Below, piece by piece: positions 1 through 12,840 of a stretch of 64,000 nt of DNA. The stretch comes from Lingula anatina. Taxonomy: Eukaryota > Animalia > Brachiopoda. Where the stretch lies: NCBI GenBank assembly GCA_051362555.1, contig CM120640.1:56770788-56834787 (forward strand), written 5' to 3'. Under the pieces are notes generated by a model. It saw only the letters and a list, made by a program, of their open reading frames with translations. It searched no databases and was not told the DNA's origin. How positions within the stretch are numbered: the stretch's first letter is position 1; each line of letters opens with the position of its first letter. A program made the translations under genes and the position numbers.

Positions 1-565
1 GTTCATCATCCTTGATTTAATTTTAAGAAAAATCTACCAGAATGTTTGAATAATTTACTTATTTCAGTATGTAATCTGCCATCTAAGTGGATATTTAAAA
101 GATTTGATGTATGCATGATACAGGGAAAAAAAGCAGAGACGATCAAAAATAGAATCCAGTGCCATGGACAACTTTAAAAAGTTAATATTTCGACAAATAA
201 ACCACCTCCATGTGGCATTTACACATCCATCTCCCAGTTATCTTATGTAACCCATGAGAGCCCTTTAGGGATATGGTATTATAGGTAATCATATGATAGA
301 TATATATCGAGCTTAAATGGTGGCATGATAAAGCAAATAGCAAATGGGTGCACTCCTATAAAGTCCAATAAATGTCAGTAGCATTGCTACTCAATAAGAC
401 TGTCCATATCAAAGTATAAAGCTAATGATAAGTTCTATTCTTATTTTGTGCTACATTGAATATAGTCATTCATAAGATTTAATATTAACACCATGGTTTG
501 TTTGCTTTTCAGACTGGTCTTATCTACATGAAGTAGTCATATTGTGAAGGGTGGTCACTGTCACC

Positions 566-3500
566 ATGCCAACAGCAGCATCAACAACAATGGAGGAGAT
601 ACCCAGTATTACCAAGGAACTTTTGTTTGCACATGCTCCCTATGATGTCTGGTGGAAACTTGCTACAAGGCTAGATCCTGACTCCACTGTCAGTGGGAAT
701 GACTGGAGACTTATGGCTTCCAAATGTGGTTTTGATAATACACAAATTGTGGTAAGAGTTTGTTAGTAGTTTTTTTTCTTTAATGTACATGTACACGTGT
801 GTATTATTATGAAAATAATGTTTTTTTTTTAATTTTTTTTTGCTGAAGAGCAAATGGGCGGTTAATGGCCTTGCTAAAGGTTGATTGTATTTTTTTTCTT
901 TTTAGCATATTAATTCACTTCAGCGAAATCATGGGAGCAATACTATAAAAGTATTTGAAAAGCTATGTACAGAGAGGCAAGAGATGACAGTTTATGAAAT
1001 GTTAGCCATATTCAATGATATGGAACGGGCTGATGTCTTTGAAATACTGAAAGATTCTGTCACAGGTGAGGGTGCATGACTACCTTATGTTGCAAGGGGT
1101 AGGACATCTCTGAGGGAGAGACATCAAATACATTTGTTAAAAAATAAAGCTTACAGTTTCAATGTTGTAATATCAACATTTGAACCACTCGGCTATGAAA
1201 AGAATATATTTTCTCCTGTGTAACTGTTGATTGATGATGAAGGCAATTTTGTTCAGAATTTACTACCAATGATGGAGAGGTTTGATAGACATGTCCTGTG
1301 ACTTGAATTATTTTTAATGCAGAGTTCATTGAATTCATATTTTTTCATCCGTTCATGGTATCATATTCAACTTATATTTGATCAACATTGATTTGCACAG
1401 TTTAAGAAAAAAAATTGAGAAAAGAATTCTTGTGATATGTTTCAGAAATCAAGAAACAAAAAGAAAATCGCTCATCACTAAATTATCTTCCATCTGGTCA
1501 GCAGCACACAGAAGCTTGTACATGTCATAGTGGTCAGTTTGCCAGGCCAGCATGTGAAGATGGAATACCTATACCACCCAAGAGAAAAAAACATCGGGGG
1601 AGTTCTCCTCCAGACCAGTTGGGTGTAGTCAGCAGCTCTGTGGACAGTGATGGTGATGTTATGATGGACAGTCTGGGCAATGATGTTTCAGGTATGCAGC
1701 AACATCACCATCAGCAGCATCAACAACAACAACAAGACATGGACATAGACATTGCAATGATGCATGATTTGAGTAGTTATGGTGATCCTTTGCTTAGTGA
1801 TTACAGCTTGCATGTGTGTTCTAATGGAAGTTTGCCTCCTGTCACCTCTTTCCTGTCTGGGCCTGAAAACATGGCCTTAGCTCCTTTAGAATCTGGCAGT
1901 ATTGTACCCCTGGAAGTTGGCCTGGCACGCACAGCTAACAATCATCAGCCAGACAGCTACAGCAGTGAAAATACAAGTGAGGTCAAACCAACCTCTTTGA
2001 ACCGTCCTATAGAGCCTTGCAAGCATCCACAACAATCAGGACCTACCGGTACCAGCATTCAGTTTGATTCCACCTATGTCCAACCCACTTCATTTAGGAG
2101 GCCTCAGGTTGTTCCAAACAGTGATATAACCAATGGCAACAAGCCCCCTTTTACATATCCAAGGAGACACAAGCCTAGTAAACCTGACTTGAAGCCTCTT
2201 CCTACCTGGCAGTGTGACATGCGACATAGGACTTTGACTCACTCCCTTTCTGAGCCTAAAGATATGCAGCCGAAAGAATACAAGACAGGTAAACTTGTCA
2301 AATACAGACCTTATGGCTGAGTAGTCATTTGTTATCTCAAGCCATGGGTATGTGACTGTCAACACCCAAACTAATGACTCCAATCATGATTTCATGGCGC
2401 GAACAAAAAACTTGTTGTTGCATGCAAATTGTGACCTGTCAATCACCTTCCTGTTCTGTATGTGTCAGAGCTTGTCAAGAGTGATTAGTTCTGTATTAAT
2501 AGTTTACAGTTGAGAAAAAGAACTTGTATGTTAACAGAAAAAAACTGGCCCAGGGATAAAAGCTGGCCAAATTTTTTGCACTCTTTTATGCAATGCTCTC
2601 AACAAGTTTTTATCTTCACGCCATGAAATTGAAGGGGCATTAATTCAACATTCGCGATCACATATCTCTGGCTCGAGATCACAAATGCCAATTACTGTTT
2701 ATAAGGCCTGAAATAACTTCTGAAATTTCTTGTTGCATATTTACAAGAGGCACAGGCTAGCAGATAAATTTTACACATTTCACAGGCTTAAAAAGATTAT
2801 TTGGCTTAAATTTAAAATAGAAATATTGAATGCTTTTCATAGTTGAGTTGTTAAAATTTTGATATGAATGGGGGTTGTATGAATTTTGAGAACAAGCATA
2901 TGACACAGTTGAGGAAAAAAACATTGGCTGCACATTTAATGCTCTTTCTTTTTTTTTCTTTTTTTAAAAGAAATACCCAATATGTGCATGAATGAAACTC
3001 TGAGTGATTGTCTGACAACAGGTACATTGTTGTGAAGCAAACAGTCGGATATCATTTATTCAGTATTTATGTTATGATTTGCTTGCATATGGCCCTATAA
3101 ATCTTTTTTTTTTTTCTTAATGTATAATCATATTTTCAAAAAAATGAAAATTATATAGTGGCATTATGCATGCAGTTATTGCCATTCCCAATAAATATTG
3201 TTCTAAGTAGATCAATCCAACTGCACAGGGACTTGCTGAATGCAATCAGATAAACAGATTAACTCAACTCTTGTTTCTGTCATACTCGTATAATCACCAA
3301 CTTTTCTGTTTACACTCAATGCCAGGAGGCATGTTAATATGTTCATGTGCTTTTATTCAGTGAGGGTCCCTGCATAGTTGGATTGATCTACACAGAACAA
3401 TAGCTTCACTGGGAACGAGCTCATCTAGTTTGAGTTGAGTTTGTATGTGTTTCTGTTCCTATTACTCTCAAAATGATTCTGATTGAAATTTATGTTGTTT

Positions 3501-5349
3501 TGCCTGGTCAGTTGATGTGCCCTAAATGTTTTTCAACACACGTGATCATATACATATAACATACACATGAAAGTTTTTTCATCATTTAATGCAAACCGTC
3601 ACTGATATTTCCTAATTTGTAAAACTTCATCTAATAATGGAACATACATAGTATTGTTTTCATAATTGAAAATGGCTTCTTTATTTTTCACTTGAGTCAT
3701 TACTATGTATTCATCATTAAAAAAAGTTTCACAAATTTTAGTACAAATAAGACTACTGGTAACATTTCATTATGGTTTAAGGGTTTTATTTCTTAGCATT
3801 TTTTAAAGGCAAACATTCTGTTTTCATAGTATTATGATGCATTTGTTATGCTAGAGGTACATGCTGAACAAGATAAAAATATTATAAACCGTTCAGTAAT
3901 TTAGCAGTTATCTCATGTTCTCCCAGTTGTTTTCATATGATTAGGTGTCCTCAATTCTGGATCATATCTTTTGAGAATCTTGGAAAATTAAAGATAAAGC
4001 TCTTGTCACATATTAAGTTACAGAGTACTTCCTTGAAAACCAACCATCTGGATCTTATTGAATTGCATCAAATCAAGTGGATACCTGTATTGCCTGTTAA
4101 AACTTCCATTATATTATAGCCACATAGGAAGCTGTTGGTTGGAGAGGGGGGCTAACCATTCAGAAAGATTAATGAAGGGGATTCTCTTAGGCCCACCCCC
4201 ATTCCTGTTCATATGACTGAAGTGGTTGAAAATGGAGAGGGGGACTTCTTCTCATACCATGTTAAGCCTCTGCCTCATGGAAATTCAGTTAAAAGTTAAA
4301 TGAGAATCCAATTTGATTGAGAGTTCACTTTATTGAGAATTATTGAGAATTCAGTGCATTCATTCAATTTTTAGAATGTCATTGACAAAATACTTGTTTT
4401 AATTTGTTTTGTTTTGTTAATTTGTAGAACATTGGATATTTTCTTTTTCTCAGTTGAGAGGAAAACCAGAGTCCTGGTGACATACACAGATGACAATGAA
4501 AAACACCTGAAACACATGATAAGCCTAGCAAAGTGCCTCAAGGACAATCAATTTGCAGTGATAATGGACATCAATAAAAGAGAAAATGATGAACTCTATG
4601 ATGATATGTGTGGGAAAATTGACAAATATTTTGAAAAGGTATGTGTGTAGTAACCCTTTCATATTTATTTCAATTCCTGAACATATGTCAGAAAAAAAGA
4701 AATGTATATATTAAAATGGATAATCTTATTCAATAACAGTCCTGAGAAAAATGTTTTGAAATGTTTTTATTGAAATAAGGCATTCTGGATCTTATACGTA
4801 ATTATCATTTCTGTTAGATATTCTTGAAGATTTGCCTCTGAATAATAGCCTAAATTAAATTTTTGCATTTTACAGGCAAATTATATATTGATTTGCATAA
4901 GTCCAAAGTACCGACAAGAAATGGAAGAAGTAGATGATGAGGATGACCAGTTTCTGAGCGGTAGCACAGTATGCCATAGACTTAACACAAGATACATCTA
5001 CAAACTGATGCAGGGAGAATTCCGCAACAACAACTCACAAAACAAACGGTTTATCCCAGTCTTGTTTCCAAATGCCACGAAGCATGACATACCAGGGTGG
5101 CTCCTAAACACTCTTTATTACCGCTGGCCAAATGAATGGATGGATTTGTTCATGTTTCTTTGGCGACCTGATCGTGAGTTTTTGGACAGTAAAATTTCAT
5201 CAGTCAAGTCAAAGTATGACCAGGATGAGTCATTGCAAAGTGTTCCTCTATCCCCACAGAGTACAAGTAGGAGTGGCAGTCAGTCCAGTTCCTGTAGCTC
5301 CCCAGGTTCAGCTGGACGCTTACCAAGAATTAAGAAGGAGAACACTTGA
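566..5349 (+). CDS. DEATH-domain + SEFIR-domain cytoplasmic adaptor, CIKS/Act1 (TRAF3IP2)-like; 5 coding exons
   Basis: Exons 566-751, 906-1065, 1446-2288, 4454-4638 and 4876-5349 join in frame across GT-AG introns. The N-terminus is death-domain-like (KLATRLDPD...NDWRLMASKCGFD...MTVYEMLAIFNDMERADVFEIL). A low-complexity Q/P/S linker follows. The C-terminal SEFIR has RVLVTYTDDNEKH, NYILICISPKY and NKRFIPVLF...IPGWL..TLYYRWP. No signal peptide or TM helix was seen. Confidence 0.85.
3196..3402. repeat. Degenerate inverted repeat (old MITE-like) in intron 3 of the SEFIR gene
   Basis: 3196-3241 (tattgttctaagtagatcaatccaactgcacagggac...ctgaat) is approximately the reverse complement of 3355-3402. 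Confidence 0.55.
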
Positions 5350-8300
5350 TGCTAACTCACTGTTTCTTTATTCCTAGGTATGAAACAGTTACTGCAGTAC
5401 ACCTCCCCATAGGAAAGATAAGGTTCAAGAGTAGAGAAGGAGACCACAGGTATTAACTTGCTGTTCCCTTCTCTTCCTTACTCTAAGTATGAAATACTAT
5501 CACTTGTACCTGTATGTCCTTTGAGGATGGGAGTAATGGTTTCCCAAAGATAAGGAGAATATGTAATATTGATCAAATTGATTCAAATAATAGTGAATCA
5601 CATCCTGGGAAGACTTAAAACAAAAATGTCAAGCTTTTAGCTACAGATGTAATAAGGATTACAGGAGTGATGTGATAGACCTTTCAATTTCAGAAATTGA
5701 CTTAAAAAAAACATTTTATTTAATATCAGTTTTACACATTTGTTACCTCCTAATCATTATGTCCAAGCACTGGTGAACTATAAGCATTTTATAGTTGTTG
5801 TGTGTACATATATTTTGTGGCAGCAGACATTCAAAACTGAAGCAGCAAGGCCCTCAGTATACAGGTTTTACTTTAAGCGCCAATGCATATAGATATGTTT
5901 TGCTTCATATGGAAATGATACTTTGATAACTTAACCTTCATTTGGGTTTTATTTTCATTTGTTCCATGAAGAGCTCTTTTTTTTGTTCACTAGAAAACCA
6001 ATTTATTATTAATTTTCTTGGAGGAACTCCTTCACACCTGAAAGGTTTTTAAAGGGTTACCTCCTCTGTTGAAGTTTATATTATCTATTTAAATATGTCA
6101 TAGCTCGAAAAATGTTTATTAAGATCAATAAAATCTAAGAACTGAAAAAGAAAAATCGTTAAAAGAAAACATATTTTTCTGATCACTTTTTACATGTGGT
6201 TTGGGGGTTTATGTTTTCGCATATTGTGACAGAAGATGTATGTGCAGAGTACAGTTCGGACAGTTGCATCATAGACTAGTTGAAAACTTGAAAATGCTCT
6301 CTTGCTTACTGATTAGTTTACAAAGGCCAATTGTTGTAAATGCATACTTTAAGAATATATAGCTCCATAAGCTAAAATCAGGCTGAAAAAAGGCCTTTAT
6401 ATAATTATTGTTGTTATGATATTGCATATAATGTTCATGGACTTTATTTGTCTTCACTTAATGTATGGTTATTTTGTCAGTGATGGCTTATCAGTGGTTT
6501 GGGGGCAAATTTGAGATATTTGGTTACATGATTTTTTCTATTACCTGGCCTCATATCAGAAAAAATTCCAGAGGCTAATACTGCGATAGTGACTGTGCAT
6601 GAGAACTGTACAAAGGGATGCAAGTGATTTTCTAACTCAGTTAAGATCTTAGAATTATACAAATTTTCACTGGACCTTTGTAAATTAGACCACCTAACAT
6701 GGGTAAAAAAAATTATTATAAAAATCTGCCACACCAAGTTGTTCTTCATACCTTATCAGTAACTACAATTTTGGTGATTTCCATCAGAAAGCGGCTATTG
6801 AATTATCCCCCAAACCATTTGTTATTTACAGCCAATTGGTATTATATGGTTCTAGGCACTTCAATAGATTTAAATAACACCTGAAGACAATGCCAGCTCT
6901 ATCAGTTATCAATTTTTCATCAGCATAGTCCCCACAATGAGTAACCCAATAGCATCACCTAAATAAGGAGAAATCTTGGATTCTGTGTATTATTTTGCAC
7001 TTCAAAACAAACTTCCCTATATTAGGGTATATATTCTTAAGTAGATTTACTCTCAATTTTGTTGCTTTTCGCTAATCATTTACTCTACATTAATTTTCCA
7101 ATTGATTAAAATATAAGGGTTCCCCTAAAAGATCCAACTAGCTGGATTTGAGGGCCTTTGTTTTGGACTACCCTGACCACACCCACTACTGAAATACGAC
7201 AGACTACGATTTTCATACATAGGTAAGCACGTAGGTTATTGCCAGGTACAAGAAAATTGGTGATTTTTTTTATCATGCTCAACCCTCTGAGATCCTGGAC
7301 TAATAAGGAATTATTGACTAAAGAGATGTATTTACTTCTATGCATAACCATCTTACTTGCAAGAGGCTTGTATTTTATGACAATCAGAATAAAATGTTAA
7401 TATGTGGCACCTGGTGTTTTATGTATCATTCTAGAAAGAGAGGTTTGCTTATTACTATGCATGTATATAGGTATGTGTATTGTGTTTATTTATTTTGACA
7501 TATTAGCCAAACTGATGTCAATAAAGATAAAGTTTGTATTGATGTGTGCAGTAATAGAACTTGGCTTCACATGTAGGACTTCTATTAGCTGTCTCCTATG
7601 CATTTTTTTTTTATTATTATTTTGTAAACTGTGTTGTGTTTGAGGGCTTTTTTCTTTTCTTTTTTTATCAGCAGAAAATTAAGGAAGTGTATAATTGTAT
7701 TAACTGTAGAACATATTTTAATAGTATGAGCACAAGTATATTTTACTAAAGATGGCGGTATAAAACTGTAAAACATTGTTTGCATTATAATTGTGTTTAC
7801 TTAAATTTTCCCTTTTTTATGAATATATGAAAGTCTATTTTCTATTGTTACCTTTATTGTACCTGATAAACTGCACACTGTTCTAAAAAAAAGCTGGTTT
7901 ATTAAATGTACTATAGTGTCTTTTAGAATAAAAATCTTCTGAAAAAAATTAGTTATTTTTATTTAAAATATTTGCGTGTTTTGGTTTACTTCTTTTATGT
8001 CAAATGCATGAAAATGGAAACTACAATGGATTTGATTTCATAGGTCAGTCATATAACTAAGGGTAAAAGCCTAATTTTGGTATAAGGGGGTTGTGGGGCG
8101 TCAGTTGCGGCTTAGACTACAAGATGCACAGCACATGTAGAATTTAAGTCCTTACTCATATGAGAAGATTAAGCGAGATCATTTTGTGGTCTTTTGGATA
8201 TATTTACTATTCTGTTTACTAGAATTTCTGTACCTTTAAGCAGTAGACCTATCATTTTAAACACAGGGACCTAATGATATATCAATCGGACGTCGTAACA

Positions 8301-9116
8301 GCACCATGATTGCGACTGTTGAGAATACTACATTGTGACTTCGCTTTTCTCTGTTTCACTGTGTTCGTAGGATTGTGATAGCAAAGACCCAGATAATTAA
8401 TTAATGATGGTGAGAAAAGGAATGTCATGGCTAGGGAGTGGATGCTTAGGTAGATGGATTTAAGTACTATTTTGACCGCTGCTGCAAAAACTGGAACACG
8501 TGTTGGCATGCGTTTGCACTCCTATATTTACGTTTTTTGGTATGTGCTATTACAGTAAATATAAAAAACGAAGATAAAAATGCCAATGCGTATAGAAACA
8601 TACGTTAAACGTAAATGAAAGTGTAAACGCATGATTTTTAGTGCTAAAACACGTTCGGACGACACGTCCTTGATAATAAAATGAATGCAAAGAGACACAA
8701 GACTAAAGCACATATAAAAAACGTAAATAAAAATATTGAAGCATGACATTTCTTGTTAGGTCGACTCAAGCCTTATTAATTGCACTTGTATTAAAATCAA
8801 CTTAACAAGTCTTATTGAAGATAACACGATACAGTGGGGGTCATAGCTCCGATCAGGCTTCTGCACATTTTTATACAATCACTGAAAATTTCTTAATTTT
8901 TAATGTGAATACATCATTGATTAATTTGATCAAATTTATATAATTTGTGTTTTTATCATGGGTGCACCAAACAGACTAAATGGGGGAGAACGTCACTTTT
9001 TGGGGCATATAATGACTAAAATGATCATTTCTGTAGTTGTTCGCAGTGATTTTCTGCGTATTTTCATCACTTCAGGGGGTTAACTAGAGAAGCGGCAACC
9101 GGATTTACTATTTGTC

Positions 9117-9530
9117 ACTTTAGATCGACCTAACTCCCTGGGGGCTCACGCTAAATAGCTGTCAGCCGAGCGGACACGAAAGTTAATTACCCCCTTACAG
9201 CTTGTAGTAGGCGGGAAGGACATTTAAGCCGGATTATCTGACAGTAATCTAGTGAGACTCCCCGCGGGGATAGATCGATCTAAAAGCTCTGATAATGCAG
9301 CCTAGAAGTTATGTAAGGCTCTATTCCCATAGATTTAGATTGATCTATCCCCGCGGGGAGTCTCACTAGATTACTTTCAGATAATCCGACTTAAATGTCC
9401 GTCCCGCCTACTACAAGCTGTAAAGGGGGTAATTAACTTTCGTGTCCGCCCGGCTGACAGCTATTTAGCGTGAACCCCCAGGGAGTTAGGTCGATCTAAA
9501 GTAGGTCGATCTAATCTATGGAAATGGGGT
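9117..9530. mobile_element. Long inverted repeat / foldback made of two opposed copies of a MITE-like unit
   Basis: Arms 9117-9284 and 9334-9502 (~168 bp) are near-perfect reverse complements around a 49-nt spacer. The right copy also has its own terminal inverted repeats (ctattcccatagatttagattgatcta from ~9321; taggtcgatctaatctatggaaatgg at 9502-9527). Confidence 0.75.
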
Positions 9531-9825
9531 GTAAGCCTGTCAGTCGCAACTGGGGCCCTTTTTTCGAATGCTCACTTATTTTGCCACATTTTATATTTCT
9601 TTCACAAATTAACCGAACATTTAGCAGAAGCTTTCATATTGTATTTTCACAGCAACTACGTAGTAGGATAGCCTTTTAGAAACATCGGAAGCTTTTTATA
9701 TAAAAGAGAAGTACATTAAAGATATCATATCCTAGATTTTCCCGTCAAAAGACTTTTTCTTGAAAAAAGTAATTTTCACCGAATCTCGAATAATTGTCCT
9801 TGCACTAGGATATGCATGTAATATA

Positions 9826-10377
9826 CTGACAGTCAATGAAAACGCATCATTTATTTATCAAATAATATTTTAAGTTCCTTTGGCACATTTAGAAAATAAC
9901 AGTTTTCATGTGAAATATGAGCCATTATTCAGTCACACAAGGTGAAATAAAGGTCAGAAAAGATAATTAAAAAAAGATCATTAAAATGCAAAGTTACGTG
10001 ATCAAATCTCTTTGGTTCCGCCCAGCCTCCAGTATCCCCAGGGCCCGCAGTCGCTCTTCCAGTGTCAGACGTGGCATCACAGAACTTTTTTGTCATGTGT
10101 CATACTGGATTTGGTGACTACCTTAAATATGCTTAATTAATCACCATATAGTGAGCCTGATTAATTCACACCAATTAGGAAAAACACATGATTTTGTAAC
10201 AGCTGATCACAAAATCACTGAAGCGGAAATTTTAAAGATCCGAGTAGCCAGCCCACTCTCTTATGACCAAACAAGTGCATTTGTAGTTTTGTACAATGGT
10301 TGGAATCGATTCTCGGTAAAAGTACAAGACTACAAAAGTACAAGAAAGTTTTCTGATGCGTTTTCATTGACTGTCAG
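9826..10377. mobile_element. Non-autonomous Tc1/mariner-type DNA transposon (~550 bp)
   Basis: Perfect TIRs ctgacagtcaatgaaaacgcatca (9826-9849) and tgatgcgttttcattgactgtcag (10354-10377), flanked by TA on both sides. No transposase ORF. Confidence 0.75.
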
Positions 10378-11628
10378 TATAGATGCTTAAATCCAAAATG
10401 TTTTCGCCATATCTTCCTGCATATTCCAGAAGGATATATCAACAACAGATACTTTCATATTTGACGGGTTTTAATATTTTTATATCTGAATTACAGGACA
10501 TAAAAGATACACACACTGGACAATGAATTCACCCCCTGAATCAGAGTAATCAAAGTTATTAACCTGAAGAGGCGGAATATAAGCAATGTCAGAATATCGA
10601 AACAGTTGAATTGTTCAGTCAGAACCCTTTTTTTTTTTTTTTTTTTTTTTGGTGAAATTTGATGTTAATAAAATGATACCAGGAGCATATCATTCCACAG
10701 TCATTTATCTCCCCCAAAGTAATGGTTCAGTAGGGGTGACACTTCTATTGTCCAGTGTGTATAGGAAACATGACTTTGGGACGGTTTCAAAGGCGGACAT
10801 TATACCTTTTAATCTTAATTTAGTGGCGTTTTCGATTTTTTCACTGACAAGCAAAAGTCCAGTTCTCATCAAAAAGGATTCAAAGAGCATTTAACTTTTT
10901 AAAAATTCGGCAAGTCCGAACCGCAAAGCATCTCTGAATATGAATTTTGGCATTATTTCCATCTTTTATGATTAAATGTTTTAAAGGTGCCAGGTTTCTA
11001 GTTATATAAAGCTAAACGCTAATGAGTAACATAACATTTGTTCCTAAAAATGGCCTTCTTTACTTTTAACATTAATCGCTCGCTGGAAAATTTTATATTT
11101 TGGTGTTTTGATTAATATAAAATATAAATACATTAAAATGATACGAACAGTACGTCATTTTTTTGCATTTTATTTGAGCACAAATGTTTAGTTTCGCATC
11201 GGAGCTTTCATACAAGATGCCCTGCAGGCACCAGTCTTCACACTTGGCTTATCAATAAAAGAGTTGTTATTCATTTGAATGATTCCTCCAGGGCAGTCAC
11301 GGTTGTAGACTTGTAGTCATTGGCTCCGCTTGTTTCCAGCCAATCCGATTGAAATCAAATCATATTCCAAACCATCAAACAGCTGGAAATACTGTGCGAC
11401 TTAAACACTGTTTGCGGGTGCTTGGAAAAGTTCAAACCACAGAAGGTTGTCAATTCTCCCAAAACTTCCCTCCGCCCATATTCATATTTTGTCACATTCA
11501 TTTCTTGGAATAGCAATTGACAAATAAAATCACTTAGCCATTAATTATATTAGATAAGTCATACTAAATGGAAAAACAAACTATTGTTTTAAACATTGAG
11601 ACAATTAAGCCAATAATCTTTCAGATTG

Positions 11629-12106
11629 TTATTTTGATGCAAACAAGGCAACCAGAAAGCTGCAAATGAGGATGACTAGAGACAGAGTCCAATTGACGAC
11701 TGTCCCACTAGTGGTTGCCTCCAGAGAGGAGGCTGTAGTTCCGGCATTGGGATCGGTACCGTTGCTAGTATTATTGACTTGAGCTTTAGTTAAATCTGAA
11801 ATAATATATAGTATTTATTGCATAGTGTACAAGTACGCCAATACAGGATGACTTGTACGTGGCTAATATAAGAAAATAAATAACTATTAACTCCTTTTTG
11901 CCAACCTCCGTTTGCTTTACTTTCGGAATACAACTATTATATTTTTTTCTTTACAGTTCATAACGTAACAGCTTCTAATCATTGTATTTTGCACCAAAAA
12001 GGAAACGTTAAAAAATACAAACGCTTGAATTTTTGCAAGCAGACAACTTACCGCAGAGTAGCAGTAATGCAAAAGTAAAAGTAGCCAGGACCACAAAGTT
12101 CTTCAT
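11629..12106 (-). CDS. 73-aa predicted GPI-anchored micro-glycoprotein (CD24/CD52-like architecture), gene A
   Basis: Exon 12106-12052 (MKNFVVLATFTFALLLLC, donor gtaag), then a phase-1 intron, then exon 11795-11629 (acceptor atttcag): DLTKA/QVNNTSNGTDPNAGTTASSLEATTSG-TVVNWTLSLVILICSFLVALFASK*. It has a signal peptide, N-glycosylation sequons, an S/T-rich stretch and a hydrophobic C-terminal tail. Confidence 0.75.
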
Positions 12107-12240
12107 GATGTTTCTGAAATGATAGAAAATTGTTTTATCACACAACTAGTTTATATCCACAGACGTAAATAAGGTGCTTGAAACACGATTGTCTTGGAAA
12201 CAGGTAAAGCTTTTATTTTTTGGAATAAGTGAAAACCATA

Positions 12241-12250
12241 CTTTTATATG
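12241..12250 (-). promoter_or_regulatory. Candidate TATA box of GPI gene A
   Basis: cttttatatg reads catataaaag on the minus strand, ~135 bp upstream of the ATG at 12106. Confidence 0.35.
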
Positions 12251-12801
12251 TCTTTGGTCCCCAGTCAGATGAATTCTCTCTCTGTTGGAAATGTGAGGTG
12301 ACCGACGCAACACCTGAAGGAAAATATAAGAAAACTGCACCACAGTGATCTTTAAAATTCAAAAGGGTGTAAATATTTTCTATTTGTGCTTGGAAACTAT
12401 TAGGACGCACATTTGATAAATTTCTCTGACCATTGTTTCTTATCTTAGTCAAATTAACATGGTCTGAATAAATTTGTAAGATATACATTATCGTGAAATC
12501 TTAAGTGTTGCTAAGAAGATAATAATTCGGCGTCCTGTTGCAGTTGTATGCATTTTGTTGACCTCGTTAATGTCTGTCTTACTTGAAAACTCAAATTAAT
12601 TTGAAACACCAATTAGTTTGAAAATTGAAATTTGCTTTCATTAAATATGTTTTAACCAAGGGTTATCGTTGAAATGACTGGCGATCACGGATTTGTTTCT
12701 GCTTCCTCTTAGTGTCCATTAGTTGAAAAAAGTGTAGATATTCTTTTCTTTTGCTGAGAGATATGACGGGATGCGTTGTGTGATACTTAATTATATCCTT
12801 A

Positions 12802-12840
12802 TTGTTTGTTTGTTTGTTTGTTTGTTTGTTTGTTTGTTTT
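12802..12840. repeat. (TTTG)n microsatellite
   Basis: About 9 tandem ttgt/tttg units. Confidence 0.9.

Noticed and set aside
1446-2288. TRAF6-binding motif expected in an Act1-like linker
   Set aside because: PxE cores (PLESGS, PLEVGL, PIEPCK, PKEYKT) lack the aromatic/acidic residue at the last position, so the motif is not claimed.
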